DNA of 64,000 nt from Octopus vulgaris (Eukaryota): the NCBI GenBank assembly GCA_951406725.2, contig OX597831.1, forward strand, positions 23,994,001 through 24,058,000, read 5' to 3'. Both the position numbers and the translations under genes were made by a program. This document shows, in pieces, positions 1 through 11,610 of this stretch. The notes under the pieces were generated by a model. The model saw only the letters and a list, made by a program, of their open reading frames with translations, had not been told where the DNA came from and did no database searches. The stretch's first letter is position 1; the number at the start of each line of letters is the position of its first letter.

Positions 1-170
1 ACAAGAACGCAAAACATTTAGAAGACGATACAAAAAACACGGACGGGACATGCAAAGCCTTCAATCTTCAGTCAAGAACCGGATCATCCTCGCAATTTCG
101 GCTGATTAATCTTGAGATTGCTCCGACCTGGCCAGCCCCAAAGGAAAATCTAAGCCAAGCGCATTAGATT
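1..170 (-). mobile_element. Non-coding dispersed repeat, probably a Penelope-like element 3' fragment, abutting a TA microsatellite
   Basis: Reverse complement (taatcagccgaaattgcgaggatgatccggttcttgactgaagattg...gttttgcgttcttgt) aligns with the + strand copy at 9490-9655. Family assignment is inference. Confidence 0.5.
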
Positions 171-1074
171 ATATATATATATATATATATACACACACAA
201 GCACACTTGCATACACAGTGCTGTTTTAAGGATAGAGCACACTGGACAGTTGCCAGGAGCAGCACCACAGGTCATGGAGTGCAATGCTAATCTATGTATG
301 CTGTGATTTGATCTCAATAAATAAATTCTGTAGGTCCTGACGCCTTGCTTTGCTCAATATTTCATTTTCCCTAATGAGAACACACAGAGACATTCTCACA
401 CTCATGTACCATCACATTCACATACTCACTCACAAATACAGTTATACGCTCTTTCAAGTACTAACACACATAGACATGCATACATTTGCACACTCTCTCT
501 CTCAATCACTAACATAACACATACTTATACACCCTCGTCTAGTCACTAATACATGCATACATTCATACACTGCTTGGTAACCACTAACGCATACTAATGC
601 TCACTGACATACTAACACACATTCACACGCTTCTGCATACAACCCAAAACCCAAAATGGTTTATTGCAGCTTCATGGTTCTACTTTCACTTTAATTAATT
701 ACTATTAGAAAATTTCCATTTCAAAAGTTACTTCTGAGATAGACGTTTATGTTTATGTGTCTTTAATTAATACTGTAAAAATATTAATTTATCAAATTTA
801 ATAAGCTAATAAATTAATGCCTGATTAATTCATTAATTCATTGATCAAGTTTTTAATCATCGTACCAAATATTTAGAATAATAAAAAAAAACAGACAAAA
901 ATGCAGAAAAGAGCAGATGTCCCAAACATCCGGAAGCTCATGTGTAGCTTACCAGAAAGCATTAGTCTAAAGTTAGACATGTTTGCTTTTGCACTAGTTG
1001 AGGCATTAGTAGTTGTAGCATTGGTAGTTGTACTGGTGCTGTTAAATGTAAGTAATGATTTAAAATTTTGGTAT

Positions 1075-1270
1075 AAGGCCAGTTATTTTAGGGGAGTGGG
1101 TACGTCGATTACATCAACTCCAGTGTTCGGCTGGTATTTTATTTTATCAACCCCAAAAGGATGAAAAGCAATGTCGACCTCGATGGTATTTGAACTCAGA
1201 ATGTAAAGGCTGAAGAAATGCTGCCATGCATCTTTCCCAGTGTTGTAATGATTCAGCCATCTCACTGCCC
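1075..1270 (-). mobile_element. Diverged family B (Meta-domain-like) SINE
   Basis: Reverse complement contains ttctgagttcaaataccatcgaggtcgacattgcttttcatccttttggggttgataaa, matching other family B copies. Confidence 0.7.
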
Positions 1271-1309
1271 TTGGTAATATTAGTAAGTGGTAGAAGTTAT
1301 AACAGCCGG

Positions 1310-1500
1310 TGAATGGTAGTTGTGTTGGTGGTGGTGGTGCTGGTGCTGGTGGGAGATAGTATTGGTGATGGTAGTTGTGTTGGTGGTGGTGGTGGTGGTG
1401 GTGGTGGTGGTGGTGGTGGTGGTGGTGGTGGTGGTGGTGTTAGAGTGGTAGCAGTAGAGGAGAAGGTTGCAGTGGTGGTGGTGGTGGTGGTGGTGATCGT
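1310..1500. repeat. (GGT)n microsatellite, imperfect
   Basis: Visible directly. Confidence 0.95.
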
Positions 1501-1789
1501 AATGTAGTTGAGTAATTTGTATTGGTTGTATTAGTGTTAGCAGTAACAGTAGCGGTGGTCACCATCATCATTGTTGGTCATTGCTATCGTCACAATAGTC
1601 ACAATTAACAATTGGTGACTAACTAACTATGAAATTACAGTTCCTGTGAACATTACTCTACCAGGGACACTAATAAAAGTACAACAATTACTTTTGATTG
1701 CCACCGTTGTAGTAAATATTATTTCAGATATAATAATTAAAAGACCATCATTATTACCAACAAAAATCAAGATTATCATTCTGCCTTAC

Positions 1790-2190
1790 TCTTTATTCTT
1801 TTCTCTTTTACTTGTTTCAGTCATTTGACTGTGGCCATGCTGGAGCACTGCCTTTAGTTGAGCAAATTGACCCCAGGACTTATTCTTTGGAAGCCTAGTA
1901 CTTATTCTATTGGTCTCTTTTGCTAAACTGCTAAGTTACGGGGATGTAAACACACCAGCATCGGTTGTCAAGCGATGTTGGAGGGACAAACACAGACACA
2001 CAAACATATACACATACATACATACATATATACTACGGACTTCTTTCAGTTTCCATCTACCCAATCCACTCACAAGGCTCTGGTTGGCCTGAGGCTATAG
2101 TAGAAGATGCCCAAGGTGCCACGCAGTGGGACTGAACCCGGAACCATGTGGTTGGTAAGCAAGCTACTTACCACACAGCCACTCCTACAC
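1790..2190 (-). mobile_element. Family A tRNA-derived SINE, full length
   Basis: Minus-strand head gagtggctgtgtggtaag (A-box-like) and gggttcagtccc (B-box-like), internal (TA/TG) tract, 3' tail ccagcatggccacagtcaaatgactgaaacaagtaaaagag. More than 15 similar copies occur in the window. Confidence 0.9.
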
Positions 2191-2399
2191 CTATTAGAAG
2201 TAACAGTCTGTCTTTGTTTTGGCACGCCAAAATACCAGAAATAATTCTGCAGAAAATAATTCTCTTCAGTGAATTTTGCTGGTTTGAGAACATAGTTGTT
2301 TAAATTTAAATTTAAAATAATAAAGGTGAAAAATTGAATATTAATTTGATTAACATCAATTTAAAACCAATGGTCTAGCATATAGAAAAATCTGAAGAT

Positions 2400-2561
2400 T
2401 CAGAAAAAAGAATTTAGTACTTAGTTATCATTAAACCAGAGTTAGGAGCATAAATTGTGACTAAGGTTTGGCGGAAGATTTTAATTCAGAGCTTTCAAAA
2501 CAAAACATTTGTACTTCAGAGCCAGAGCCAGTTTCAGCTGAGTTGGTATCGAAAGGGTTAA
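2400..2561. mobile_element. Right end of a piggyBac-type non-autonomous element (partial)
   Basis: Ends ...ggtatcgaaagggTTAA (GGG terminus plus TTAA). The matching left end is not seen. Confidence 0.45.
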
Positions 2562-2859
2562 TCTAAATGCCAGTTTCTCCCAACAAACTCCTTAATGTGT
2601 TTAGTGTTGTTGTTGTTGTTTATCTTTAACACTAGTTCTGCTCAGAGCAAACCTATCATCAAAGATATTCCATCTGTGACCAACCTGTCTTTTTAGAACT
2701 TCATTATCTAATAAGCTTAAAAGCCGAGTTCTGTGCAGACTTTTGAGCTAACTCCAGTGGAGGGCTAATTGGGCCTGCAGCCCAAAACTAGAAAGAGAAA
2801 TAATAATAAACCATTTATTGGTACCGTACCAATATGGTATTACTTTTAATTCAGTTTAA

Positions 2860-3024
2860 CCCTTTAGCATTCAAACCGGCCATATCCGGCCAAAATATTT
2901 AACCTGTTTTATATTGAAACTGACCAGATCTCGCCTCTCACCTCAGCCCTACCATGTCATTCTAAAACTAAAAAATCACATCACTGAAATCTCTAAACTA
3001 CAAGATAATCTGAACACTAAAGGG
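2860..3024. mobile_element. piggyBac-type MITE
   Basis: TTAA|ccctttag ... ctaaaggg|TTAA: terminal inverted repeats with CCC/GGG ends and TTAA target duplication at 2856-2859 and 3025-3028. Confidence 0.8.
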
Positions 3025-3764
3025 TTAAATGAAAAGCTTGTAAGTTCACAAATTTTGGGAGTTCTTTTGAAATAAAAATTTTCACCTGTTAGTATATAAC
3101 AAATCCTCATCTAGACTTAACCTCAATATTGGATGGTCAAGAAGCAAATAAAGAGCAGATTTTCAATCCCAAGATCATTCTCATTCCTAAAAAGATATAA
3201 TATGTCTGTGTAGATCAAATATAGACTGAGATAGAGGGGTCCTGGATGGACAAACAGACAGAATTTCATGTAGTTTTTTATTTTAGGGATGTCCTTTTTT
3301 ATATATAAGACAGTAAAGGAGGTTATGGACTGAATGATGTTTGGCTGGTTATTGTGTTGAGGATAGAATTATCATACAGAAACTCTTTCGTTGGCTAACA
3401 GGCATGATGTTGTTTTTAAGTGAAAAGGACCATATGAATCTGTGAAAGAGAGAGGTTTGTAGATGTAGTTCAACCTCTTCAGTGTAAGCTCCATTAATCC
3501 TATTTAACAAATTCTTTGTAATCTTTAGCATTGAAATTAAAATCACATGTTTCAAGATTTAAATCTTAGGACCACATTCTGCAACAATAAATATGGCATG
3601 AGTTAGCAAATAGGAAAATGGTGTTTGGTGCAATCGACTGTGGCTCACCATTTCTCCTCTGGTCGTGTCGAAGAAAAAGTTGACTGATCTTATTTAACTG
3701 CATTAAGAACAATGGAGAACCAAGAAAGTTATTTGACCTGCTTGATATGGCAGCGCTCCCACCA

Positions 3765-4375
3765 AACTACCAGCACCACCACCACCACCAGCACAACCAC
3801 CACTACTACCACCTCTACACCAATCTTCGCAATCTGCACTCTCACTTCTACCATAGACACTAATAACACTGCAACATTGTAACACCACAATCTCATCATC
3901 ATCACCACCACCACCTCCACCAAAACTATAGCCACCACCACCACCACCACCACCATCATCACCACCACCACCACCACCAACCACCACCACCACCACCACC
4001 AACCACCACCACCACCACCACCAACCACCACCACCTCCACCATCACCACTACCACCAACCACCACCACCACCTTCACCACAACCACCACCTCCACCATAA
4101 CCACCACCACCACCACCACCACCACCACCACCATAACCACCACAACCACCACCACCATAACCATCACCACCACCACCACCAACAACAACAACCACCACCA
4201 CAACCACCTCCACAACCACCACCACCACCACCACCACCACCACCACCACAACCACCTCCACACCACCACCACCACCACCACCACCAACAACACCACCACC
4301 ACCATAACCACCACAACCACTTCCACCACCACCACCTCCACCAAAGCAATTCTCCATCACCAGCAACAGCAGTAA
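3765..4375. repeat. Degenerate (ACC)n trinucleotide array
   Basis: Visible directly; it produces the poly-V/G/W ORFs in the track. Confidence 0.95.
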
Positions 4376-4831
4376 CGAGAATATAAGGTGACAATAAATT
4401 CCGTCTTCTCTTCCTTTCCCCGACAATGGTTATTCGCTGTTAAGGAAGCAGTGAACTGAAGAAGTGATTAAAGACGCTAAAGAAATAGCAAAGATTGCGA
4501 TAGAATTATCCAGAATATAATTTCTGACGCTCAACTACAATAAAATCTAATATATTCTATCTATTGATCTGTAACCACCACCACCACCACCACCCACCTC
4601 CATCCAGCCCCCCCCCCCCGCCACTGCTTCGATCTCTCTGTTTGTCTTTCAATATTCTTATTCTTCTCTCTAACCTCACCTACATGCATGATGGATTGTT
4701 TTGTTCATATTTTCGTGTGTGTGTGTGTGTATATGTATGAAAGTGAATGTATCTGTCTGTCTGTCTCTCTTCTCTTTCTCTCTCTCTCTTTCTCTATCTA
4801 TTTATATGTGTGTGTGTCTGTGTGTACATAG

Positions 4832-4863
<32 letters not shown>

Positions 4864-4999
4864 ATGTATGCATCACAATATCACAGTATCAACCAGACTA
4901 TTGGATATAGTTATATATCACTGGTCATAATGTGCTTCTCATTGTGTTAGACTTCAAATGATGCCACCTCAATGGATGGGCAAGAAGGCCAATATGCAT

Positions 5000-5250
<251 letters not shown>

Positions 5251-5359
5251 CACGCACATACACACATAGGGTAGGGCTTACATGCTTATATGCATGTGTA
5301 AGTGTTGTTTTAATATTTAATATTTTCTGCAAGTATGCTATACCATGTGTGTGTGAGTA

Positions 5360-6020
5360 GAGGTTAATTAACAATGCGAAAACCTGTATCAGAAATAGTT
5401 AACAAGTAAATTCTAGAAGTTTTTTTTGGTGTAAACATGCGATAACTACTTCATTGTGGAACAACAGTTCAGAAGCATTAGAATGGCTTCACAAAGTTCT
5501 TGAGAATCAACAGTGTGAGTTTACATGGTTTGATATCACTGATTTTAATCCTTCTTTCGCTAAACTAATTCTCAAAGCTTTGGCCCCTTTATATATCAGC
5601 CTGTCAATAAACAAATTCAGCATTGATATAATTGAGCATGCAAAGGAAATAGCCCTTAACAGTTTTGTTGTGTTTATTACATTCACCGTGGAGGCACGTG
5701 GCTTAGTTGTTAGGGTGTCAACATTATGATCGTAAGATTGTGGTTTCAAATCCTGGACCAGGCAACGCGTTGTGTTCTTGAGCAAAACACTTCATTTCAC
5801 ATTGTTCCAGTCCACTCAGCTGGCAAAAATGACTAATGCTGCGATGGACTGGTGTCCCGTCCAGCTGGGGATCACATACACTATTGAAACTGGGAAACCG
5901 GGCCCATGAGCCTGGCTAGGCTTTAAAAGGGCACATTTATTTTATATTTTATTATTTATTACTTTCACCTAGGAATTATTAATTCCTCCTGGGTAAAAAA
6001 TAAAGATGTATTTGCTTTAA
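5360..6020 (+). pseudogene. Penelope-like element reverse-transcriptase fossil, interrupted by a SINE
   Basis: Translation RLINNAK... then WNNSSEALEWLHKVLENQQCEFTWFDITDFNPS...IDIIEHAK, and after the SINE NSSWVKNKD. This resembles the PLE RT region RLINPAK...NQWKNT..VI.WF...FDI.DFYPSI...I.II.HAR.SLLF...WVK. Stops and frameshifts are present. Confidence 0.7.
5688..5954 (+). mobile_element. Family C tRNA-derived SINE (V-domain-like body) with target-site duplication
   Basis: Head gtggcttagttgttagg / ggtttcaaatcc, body gtgttcttgagcaaaacacttcatttcac. Flanked by tttattacattcacc (about 5673-5687) and tttattactttcacc (about 5955-5969). Confidence 0.8.
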
Positions 6021-6058
6021 TTTTACATTGATTTCTTTTAACATTGAAATAAGTATGT

Positions 6059-6370
6059 AGCTTAGTGGCTAGGGTATTAGGCTTATGATTGTCAGGTTGT
6101 GGGTTCAATTCACAGCGGTGCATTTTGCCCTTCAACAAGACACTTTATTTCACATTGTTCCACTCCACTTAACTGGCAAAAATGAATTATACCTGTATTT
6201 CAAAAGGGCCAGCCTTGTCACATTCTGTATCATGCTGAATCTCCCTGAGAACTATATTAAGAGTACTTGTGTTTGTGGAGTAGTCTGTCACTTGCACGTT
6301 AATTTCATGAGCAGGCTTTTCTGTTAACCAGATCAGCAGCAAACCTCGTCGTAACTGACAAAGTGCCAGT
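6059..6370 (+). mobile_element. Family C SINE variant
   Basis: tRNA-like head (agtggctaggg, gggttcaattc), aagacactttatttcacattgttcca body; the 3' part is shared with 47155-47335. Confidence 0.7.
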
Positions 6371-6449
6371 AGAAGATGTTATTGAAATCAAGTGAGTGCA
6401 TCAACCAAAACAAACAGTATTATAAATCCACCTCAGTGAGGCCTACACT

Positions 6450-6740
6450 GCTCCAATCTGATCTGGCAGTGTTTATACAGCTGGATACCCTTCCTAACAC
6501 CAACCACTCCGGGAGTGTAGTGGGAGCTTTTTACGTGCCACTGACACAGAAGCCACACAGGTCAAGGGGGCTTGCATCAACCACGTTGAGATGGTGCTTT
6601 TTATGTGCCACCGGCATGGGAGCTAGTCAGATGGTGCTGGCATGGGCCACGTTCGGATGGTGCTTTTTATGTGCCACCACCAGCACGGGGAGCCAGTTAG
6701 GCGACACTGGCATCAGTCACAACTACAATTTCCATTTGAT
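6450..6740 (-). mobile_element. Family D repeat (RTE-type 3' tail), partial
   Basis: cagctggatacccttcctaacaccaaccactcc motif followed by gtgccacc sub-repeats. Confidence 0.75.
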
Positions 6741-6989
6741 ACTTAACTCCACTGTTATCTGATATCTAGTTATCTAATACCTATCGTAAAACCAACTGGT
6801 AAGATTGGAAAAAATGGAACTAAAATATACTGTATACCTTCATTGTGATATACTGTATACCTTCATTGTGATATGTTTTTATATCTATATATGTATGTAT
6901 GTATGTATGTATATGTATGTATGTATGTATATGTATGTGTGTGTGTGTGTGTGTGCGTGTGTATGTATGTGTATATATATATGTGTATA

Positions 6990-7200
6990 TCGCCATGTTG
7001 ATTCGTTAGCTACTGCACGCATTTTTTTTCTCTCCTTCTTTCTGTGTTTTTCTCTCTCTGTGTATCTTTCTGTTGAAGAGCGTAGGCTCGAAACGTTAAA
7101 GACTTGTTTTATTTATATTTCCTGAGCGCCATACTAATACAATTGTTCGTTTGTTTTCCACCTGCCTTCGTCTTTTGTTTATTTTCATAAAGCTTCCCGT
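6990..7200 (+). mobile_element. Short non-autonomous element carrying a hammerhead-like motif, inserted in a TA/TG microsatellite
   Basis: Unique about 210-bp island between microsatellites containing the HHR-like fold at 7065-7102. Confidence 0.5.
7065..7102 (+). ncRNA. Minimal type I hammerhead-ribozyme-like motif with variant core
   Basis: tcttt-CTGTTGA-a-gagc-gtag-gctc-GAAA-cg-TT-aaaga: stem I tcttt/aaaga, stem II gagc/gctc, palindromic stem III aacgtt. Core position A6 is T. Confidence 0.55.
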
Positions 7201-7202
7201 TA

Positions 7203-7248
<46 letters not shown>

Positions 7249-7344
7249 GAGTGAGGGAGATAGAAATAGGTACATGTATGTATATATATAGCTAGATAGA
7301 TTGCTGCAAGTGTTGTGCAATTTTGATATATTTTATATATTAAG

Positions 7345-7644
7345 AAAAAAGGAGGTTGTCAGGATTTGGATAAAAACTATCTGTAAAGTGTTTTCATCCC
7401 TCATAGACATTCATCATGAATGATTTTTTATAGAAAATTCATATCTTTTGTATGTGTGTCAGTTATGTCATATCTGTGTTGTCATCAATTCCAGGAAAAA
7501 AAAAACCACCCCATTTTCAACTAATGCACAATTAAATAAAAGGCATGAATTTTCTATAAGAAAATCATTCATGATAAATCCCCAAAAGTGATGAAATATA
7601 AATAGTTTTTCTCCAAATCCTGACTTCCATCCTTTTTTACTGTG
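7345..7644. mobile_element. MITE/foldback with long imperfect inverted repeats (possibly CMC/EnSpm-like end)
   Basis: aaaaaaggaggttgtcaggatttggataaaaactat ... atagtttttctccaaatcctgacttccatccttttttactgtg, plus inner IR tcatgaatgatttt..atagaaaattcat / atgaattttctat..aaaatcattcatga. The right end reads cacagtaaaaaa on the minus strand. Confidence 0.65.
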
Positions 7645-7663
7645 TATATATATATATATATGT

Positions 7664-8675
7664 ATCATCATCATCATCATCATCATCATCGTTTAACGTC
7701 CGCTTTCCATGCTAGCATGGGGTGGACGGTTCAACTGGGGTCTGGGAAGCCTGAAGGCTGCACCAGGCCAGTCAGATCTGGCAGTGTTTCTACAGCTGGA
7801 TGCCCTTCCTAACGCCAACCACTCCGTGAGTGTAGTGGGTGCTTTTTGTGTGCCACTGACACAGACATATATATCATCATCATCATCATCATCATTTAAC
7901 GTCCGCTTTCCATGCTAGCATGGGTTGGACGGTTCAACTGGGGTCTGGGGAGCCCGAAGGCTGCACCAGGCCAGTCAGATCTGGCAGTGTTTCTACAGCT
8001 GGATGCCCTTCCTAACGCCAACCACTCCGAGAGTGTAGTGGGTGATTTTATGTGCCACCGACACAGGTGCCAGACGAGGCTGGCAAACGGCCACGCTCGG
8101 ATGGTGTTTTTATGTGCCACCGACACAGGTGCCAGACGAAGCTGGCGAACGGCCACGCTCGGATGGTGTTTTTATGTGCCACCGACACAGGTGCCAGACA
8201 AGGCTAGCAGACGACCACGCTCGGATGGTGTTTTTATGTGCCACCGACACAGGTGCCAGACGAGGCTGGCGAACGGCCACGCTCGGATGGTGTTTTTATG
8301 TGCCACCGACACAGGTGCCAGACAAGGCTAGCAGATGACCACGCTCGGATGGTGTTTTTTTTGTGCCACCGACACAGGTGCCAGACGAGGCTGGCGAACG
8401 GCCACGCTCGGATGGTGTTTTTATGTGCCACCGACACAAGTGCTAGACAAGGCTAGCAGACGACCACGCTCGGATGGTGTTTTTTATGTGCCACCGACAC
8501 AGGAGCCAGATTAGGCTGGCGATCGGCCACGATTGGATGGTGATTGTTACGTGCCCACAGCATGGAGGCCAGTCGGTGCGGTACTGGCTACGGCCACGTT
8601 CGGATGGTTTTCTTGTGTGCCACCGGCACTGGTACCACAAAGATACAAATTCCATTGATGTTCATCTATTTTGAT
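7664..8675 (-). mobile_element. Two adjacent family D elements (RTE-type tail ending in (GAT)n); the second contains a 62-bp tandem array
   Basis: (catc)n-tttaacgtccgctttccatgctagcatggg...ggatgcccttcctaacgccaaccactc occurs at about 7664 and again at about 7873. Confidence 0.85.
8052..8630. repeat. 62-bp minisatellite inside a family D element (about 9 units)
   Basis: Unit gtgccaccgacacaggtgccagac(g/a)aggct(g/a)gc..c(g/-)..ccacgctcggatggtgtttttat, starting near 8052, 8114, 8176, 8238, 8300, 8363, 8425 and 8488. Confidence 0.9.
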
Positions 8676-8991
8676 TTTGTTTGATATATATATATATACA
8701 AACACACATATATATACTCAATCCTTTACTAAGTAAATTTGGCCTCAACCATAGGCCAACTCTTAATGGAGTGAAATTTAGTACATAAAAATTTTTTAGA
8801 TGAATATATCTATAGGAGTGATGACATTGATGATTTATGTAATATTCGCTTCTTTGTGCAAAGTCCAGTTTGCCTTTCTTCCTATCAACAATGAGAGAAT
8901 AAGAATCTGACAAAAGACTGAAGCTGATATGATAAACCAGATTCCTCCAAAGAATTTGCGCAACATTGCTGCAATCCAATAAACGAAGACA

Positions 8992-9028
<37 letters not shown>

Positions 9029-9030
<2 letters not shown>

Positions 9031-9435
9031 CACAGGAGTGGCTGTGTGGTAAGTAGCTTGCTTACCAGCCACATAGTTCCAGGTTCAGTCCCTCTGCCTT
9101 GCACCTTGGGCAAGTGTCTTTTACTATAACCTTGGGCCACCTGAAACCTTGTGAGTGGATTTGATAGATGGAAAATGAAAGAAGCCCATCGCATATATAT
9201 GTGTGTGTGTCTGTGTGTGTGTGTGTATGTTTGTGTGTCTGTGTTTGTCCCCCTCCCCCAACATCGCTTGACAACCAATGTTGGTGTGTTTACGTCCCCG
9301 TAACTTAGTAGTTTGGCAAAAGAGGCCAATAGAATAAGTACTAGGCTTACAAAGAATAAGTCCTGGGGTTGAATTGCTTGACTAAAGGTGGTGCTCCATC
9401 ATGGCTGCAGTCAAATGACTAAAACAAATAAATGA
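9029..9435 (+). mobile_element. Family A SINE, full length
   Basis: ggcacaggagtggctgtgtggtaagtagc...cagtcaaatgactaaaac. Confidence 0.9.
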
Positions 9436-9489
<54 letters not shown>

Positions 9490-9492
<3 letters not shown>

Positions 9493-9655
9493 ATCAGCCA
9501 AAATTGCGAGGATAATCTGGTGCTTGACTGAAGATAGAAAACTTTGAATGAACCGTACTTGTTTTCTTTGTATTGTGTATCTGGATGTTTTGTTGTCCAT
9601 TTTTGTATCACCTAGCTGTCGAGATGTTTTGCGTTCTTGTCCCATTTTGTATTTT
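9490..9655 (+). mobile_element. Second copy of the repeat at 1-170, within a TA microsatellite
   Basis: taatcagccaaaattgcgaggataatctggtgcttgactgaagat...gttttgcgttcttgt. Confidence 0.55.
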
Positions 9656-9659
9656 ATAC

Positions 9660-9694
<35 letters not shown>

Positions 9695-9918
9695 TATATA
9701 TACTTTTGTGCCTATGGAGAGTCATTCTCTTTTTGTGCCTTATTATTTAACACACTCGCATGAGTGTACATTCGTTTGTACATACATATAAACTGTGTTT
9801 GCCCCAAGCATTCTAGTCTCATTCTTTTTAAGAAAATACTCAACCAAGTTGCAACCAATACATACAACAACACACACGTGTGTATGTGTGTGTGTGTGTG
9901 TACACATGTATATACATC

Positions 9919-9949
<31 letters not shown>

Positions 9950-10509
9950 GTGTGTATCATAATATGTACATATGTGTATGTGTGTGAGTATATACGTACA
10001 TATATGTATATAAGCAACCTTCTAAAAAGGCTTTAGATTTTTCTTTCTTCTCTCTCTCTCTCTCTCTATCAATTTTGGTTTCTGTCAGATTTTATTTGTT
10101 TCCTTTCCCTTTTATCCATCTGGGGTTTTTATTGACAGTCATATGTGCAATCTATATTAACATACATACACCGCTTATATTTTATGTATGTATGTGAATC
10201 ATTATTTATATAGGGGGTCATCACGTGCCTATCTCTATACACATACATACACAACATTATCTAAATCTACATATTTCTGGGAGCGGCTTTTAAACTTCAA
10301 ACTTTATATTACATTTTGTACATAGTTTCATATTTTTGTTTTTGATGGTATCACTTTCCATGTATATAAGTATTTTCCTGCTGTTCAGTTTTGAAGCTCT
10401 GATGAAGGTATAAGATGATACACAAGCACCCAACATTGGGTGCTTTGTATCTTAACACAGAAACAGCTGTATGCTAATGAAATTCATTACACCATTTCTT
10501 CTTTCCTTG

Positions 10510-11040
10510 TCATCATCATCATCATCATCATCATTTAACGTCTGCTTTTCATGCTTGCATGGGTTGGACGATTTGACTGAGGACTGGCTAACCAGATGGC
10601 TGCACCAAACTCCAATCTGATCTGGCAGAGTTTCCACAGCTGGATGCCCTTCCTAACGCCAACCACTCCGAGAGTGTAGTGGATGCTTTTACCATTCAGG
10701 CAGTACTGACAACGGCCACGCTCAAATGGTGCATTTTATGTGCCACCTGCACAGGAGCCAGTCCAGCAGCACTGGAAATGACCTTGCTCGAATGTTTTTT
10801 CATGTGCCACCAGCACAAGTGGAAGGAAGGTGATGCAGGTAATGATCACACTCAAATGATATTTTTTACATACCACTGGCATTGAGGCCAGCTTGTTGCT
10901 CTGGCAACGATCACGCTCGTATGGTACTCTTAGCGCTCCACTAGCACAGATGCCAGTTACTGAATTTGATTTCGATTTCCTCAACAGGTCTTTGCCAGCA
11001 GAGTTTAGTGTCCAATGAAGGAAAGGTACACTTAAGTGGG
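10510..11040 (-). mobile_element. Family D element
   Basis: (catc)n-tttaacgtctgcttttcatgc...ggatgcccttcctaacgccaaccactccgagag with diverged internal sub-repeats. Confidence 0.85.
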
Positions 11041-11148
11041 CTAATCTTTTATTATGTACTTTACCAGACTAACACTTTCCGCTGAGGCATATTTATAATG
11101 AGTTCTAAAATCAGGTTACTAGTATTGGTTTGCTTAAGACAAATATTG

Positions 11149-11188
<40 letters not shown>

Positions 11189-11400
11189 ATATATATGTAT
11201 TTATGTATGTATGTATGTATGTATGTATCTATGTATCTATGTATGTATTTATGTATGTATTTACACAATCATGCACGCATATATATAGACATATACATTA
11301 TAAATACATATACAAATACTAACGAATATACTTACACATGCATATGCTTTTGTGTGATTGTAAATGTGAATATCTATATTTTACTTTTATATAAATGCTT

Positions 11401-11610
11401 ATATCAGTATGTGTATGTGTGTTAAAGTATATATCAGTATGCGTATGTGTGTTAAAGTATATATCAGTATGCGTATGTGTGTTAAAGTATATATCAGTAT
11501 GCGTATGTGTGTTAAAGTATATATCAGTATGCGTATGTGTGTTAAAGTATATATCAGTATGCGTATGTGTGTTAAAGCATATATCAGTATGCGTATGTGT
11601 GTTAAAGTAT
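11401..11610. repeat. 30-bp minisatellite, 7 near-perfect units
   Basis: atatcagtatgcgtatgtgtgttaaagtat repeated in phase. Confidence 0.95.

Noticed and set aside
60-145. CTGAAGA and cagccGAAA motifs on the minus strand as a hammerhead
   Set aside because: The motifs are in the wrong order for one core and neither has a complete partner; at most a derived remnant.
880-985. Possible GIY-YIG-adjacent Penelope peptide (similar weak hints at about 11820-12020, 12940-12990 and 16450-16560)
   Set aside because: Similarity is too short and frameshifted to support without a profile search.
4049-4426. ORF with hydrophobic N-terminus and GGYGGG repeats resembling cephalopod glycine-rich structural proteins
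   Set aside because: Non-ATG start, and the frame drifts between poly-G and poly-V. Fully explained by a degenerate (GGT)n tract.
8052-8630. CRISPR-like regular array
   Set aside because: No unique spacers, no cas genes, eukaryotic context; it is a tandem array inside a retroposon.
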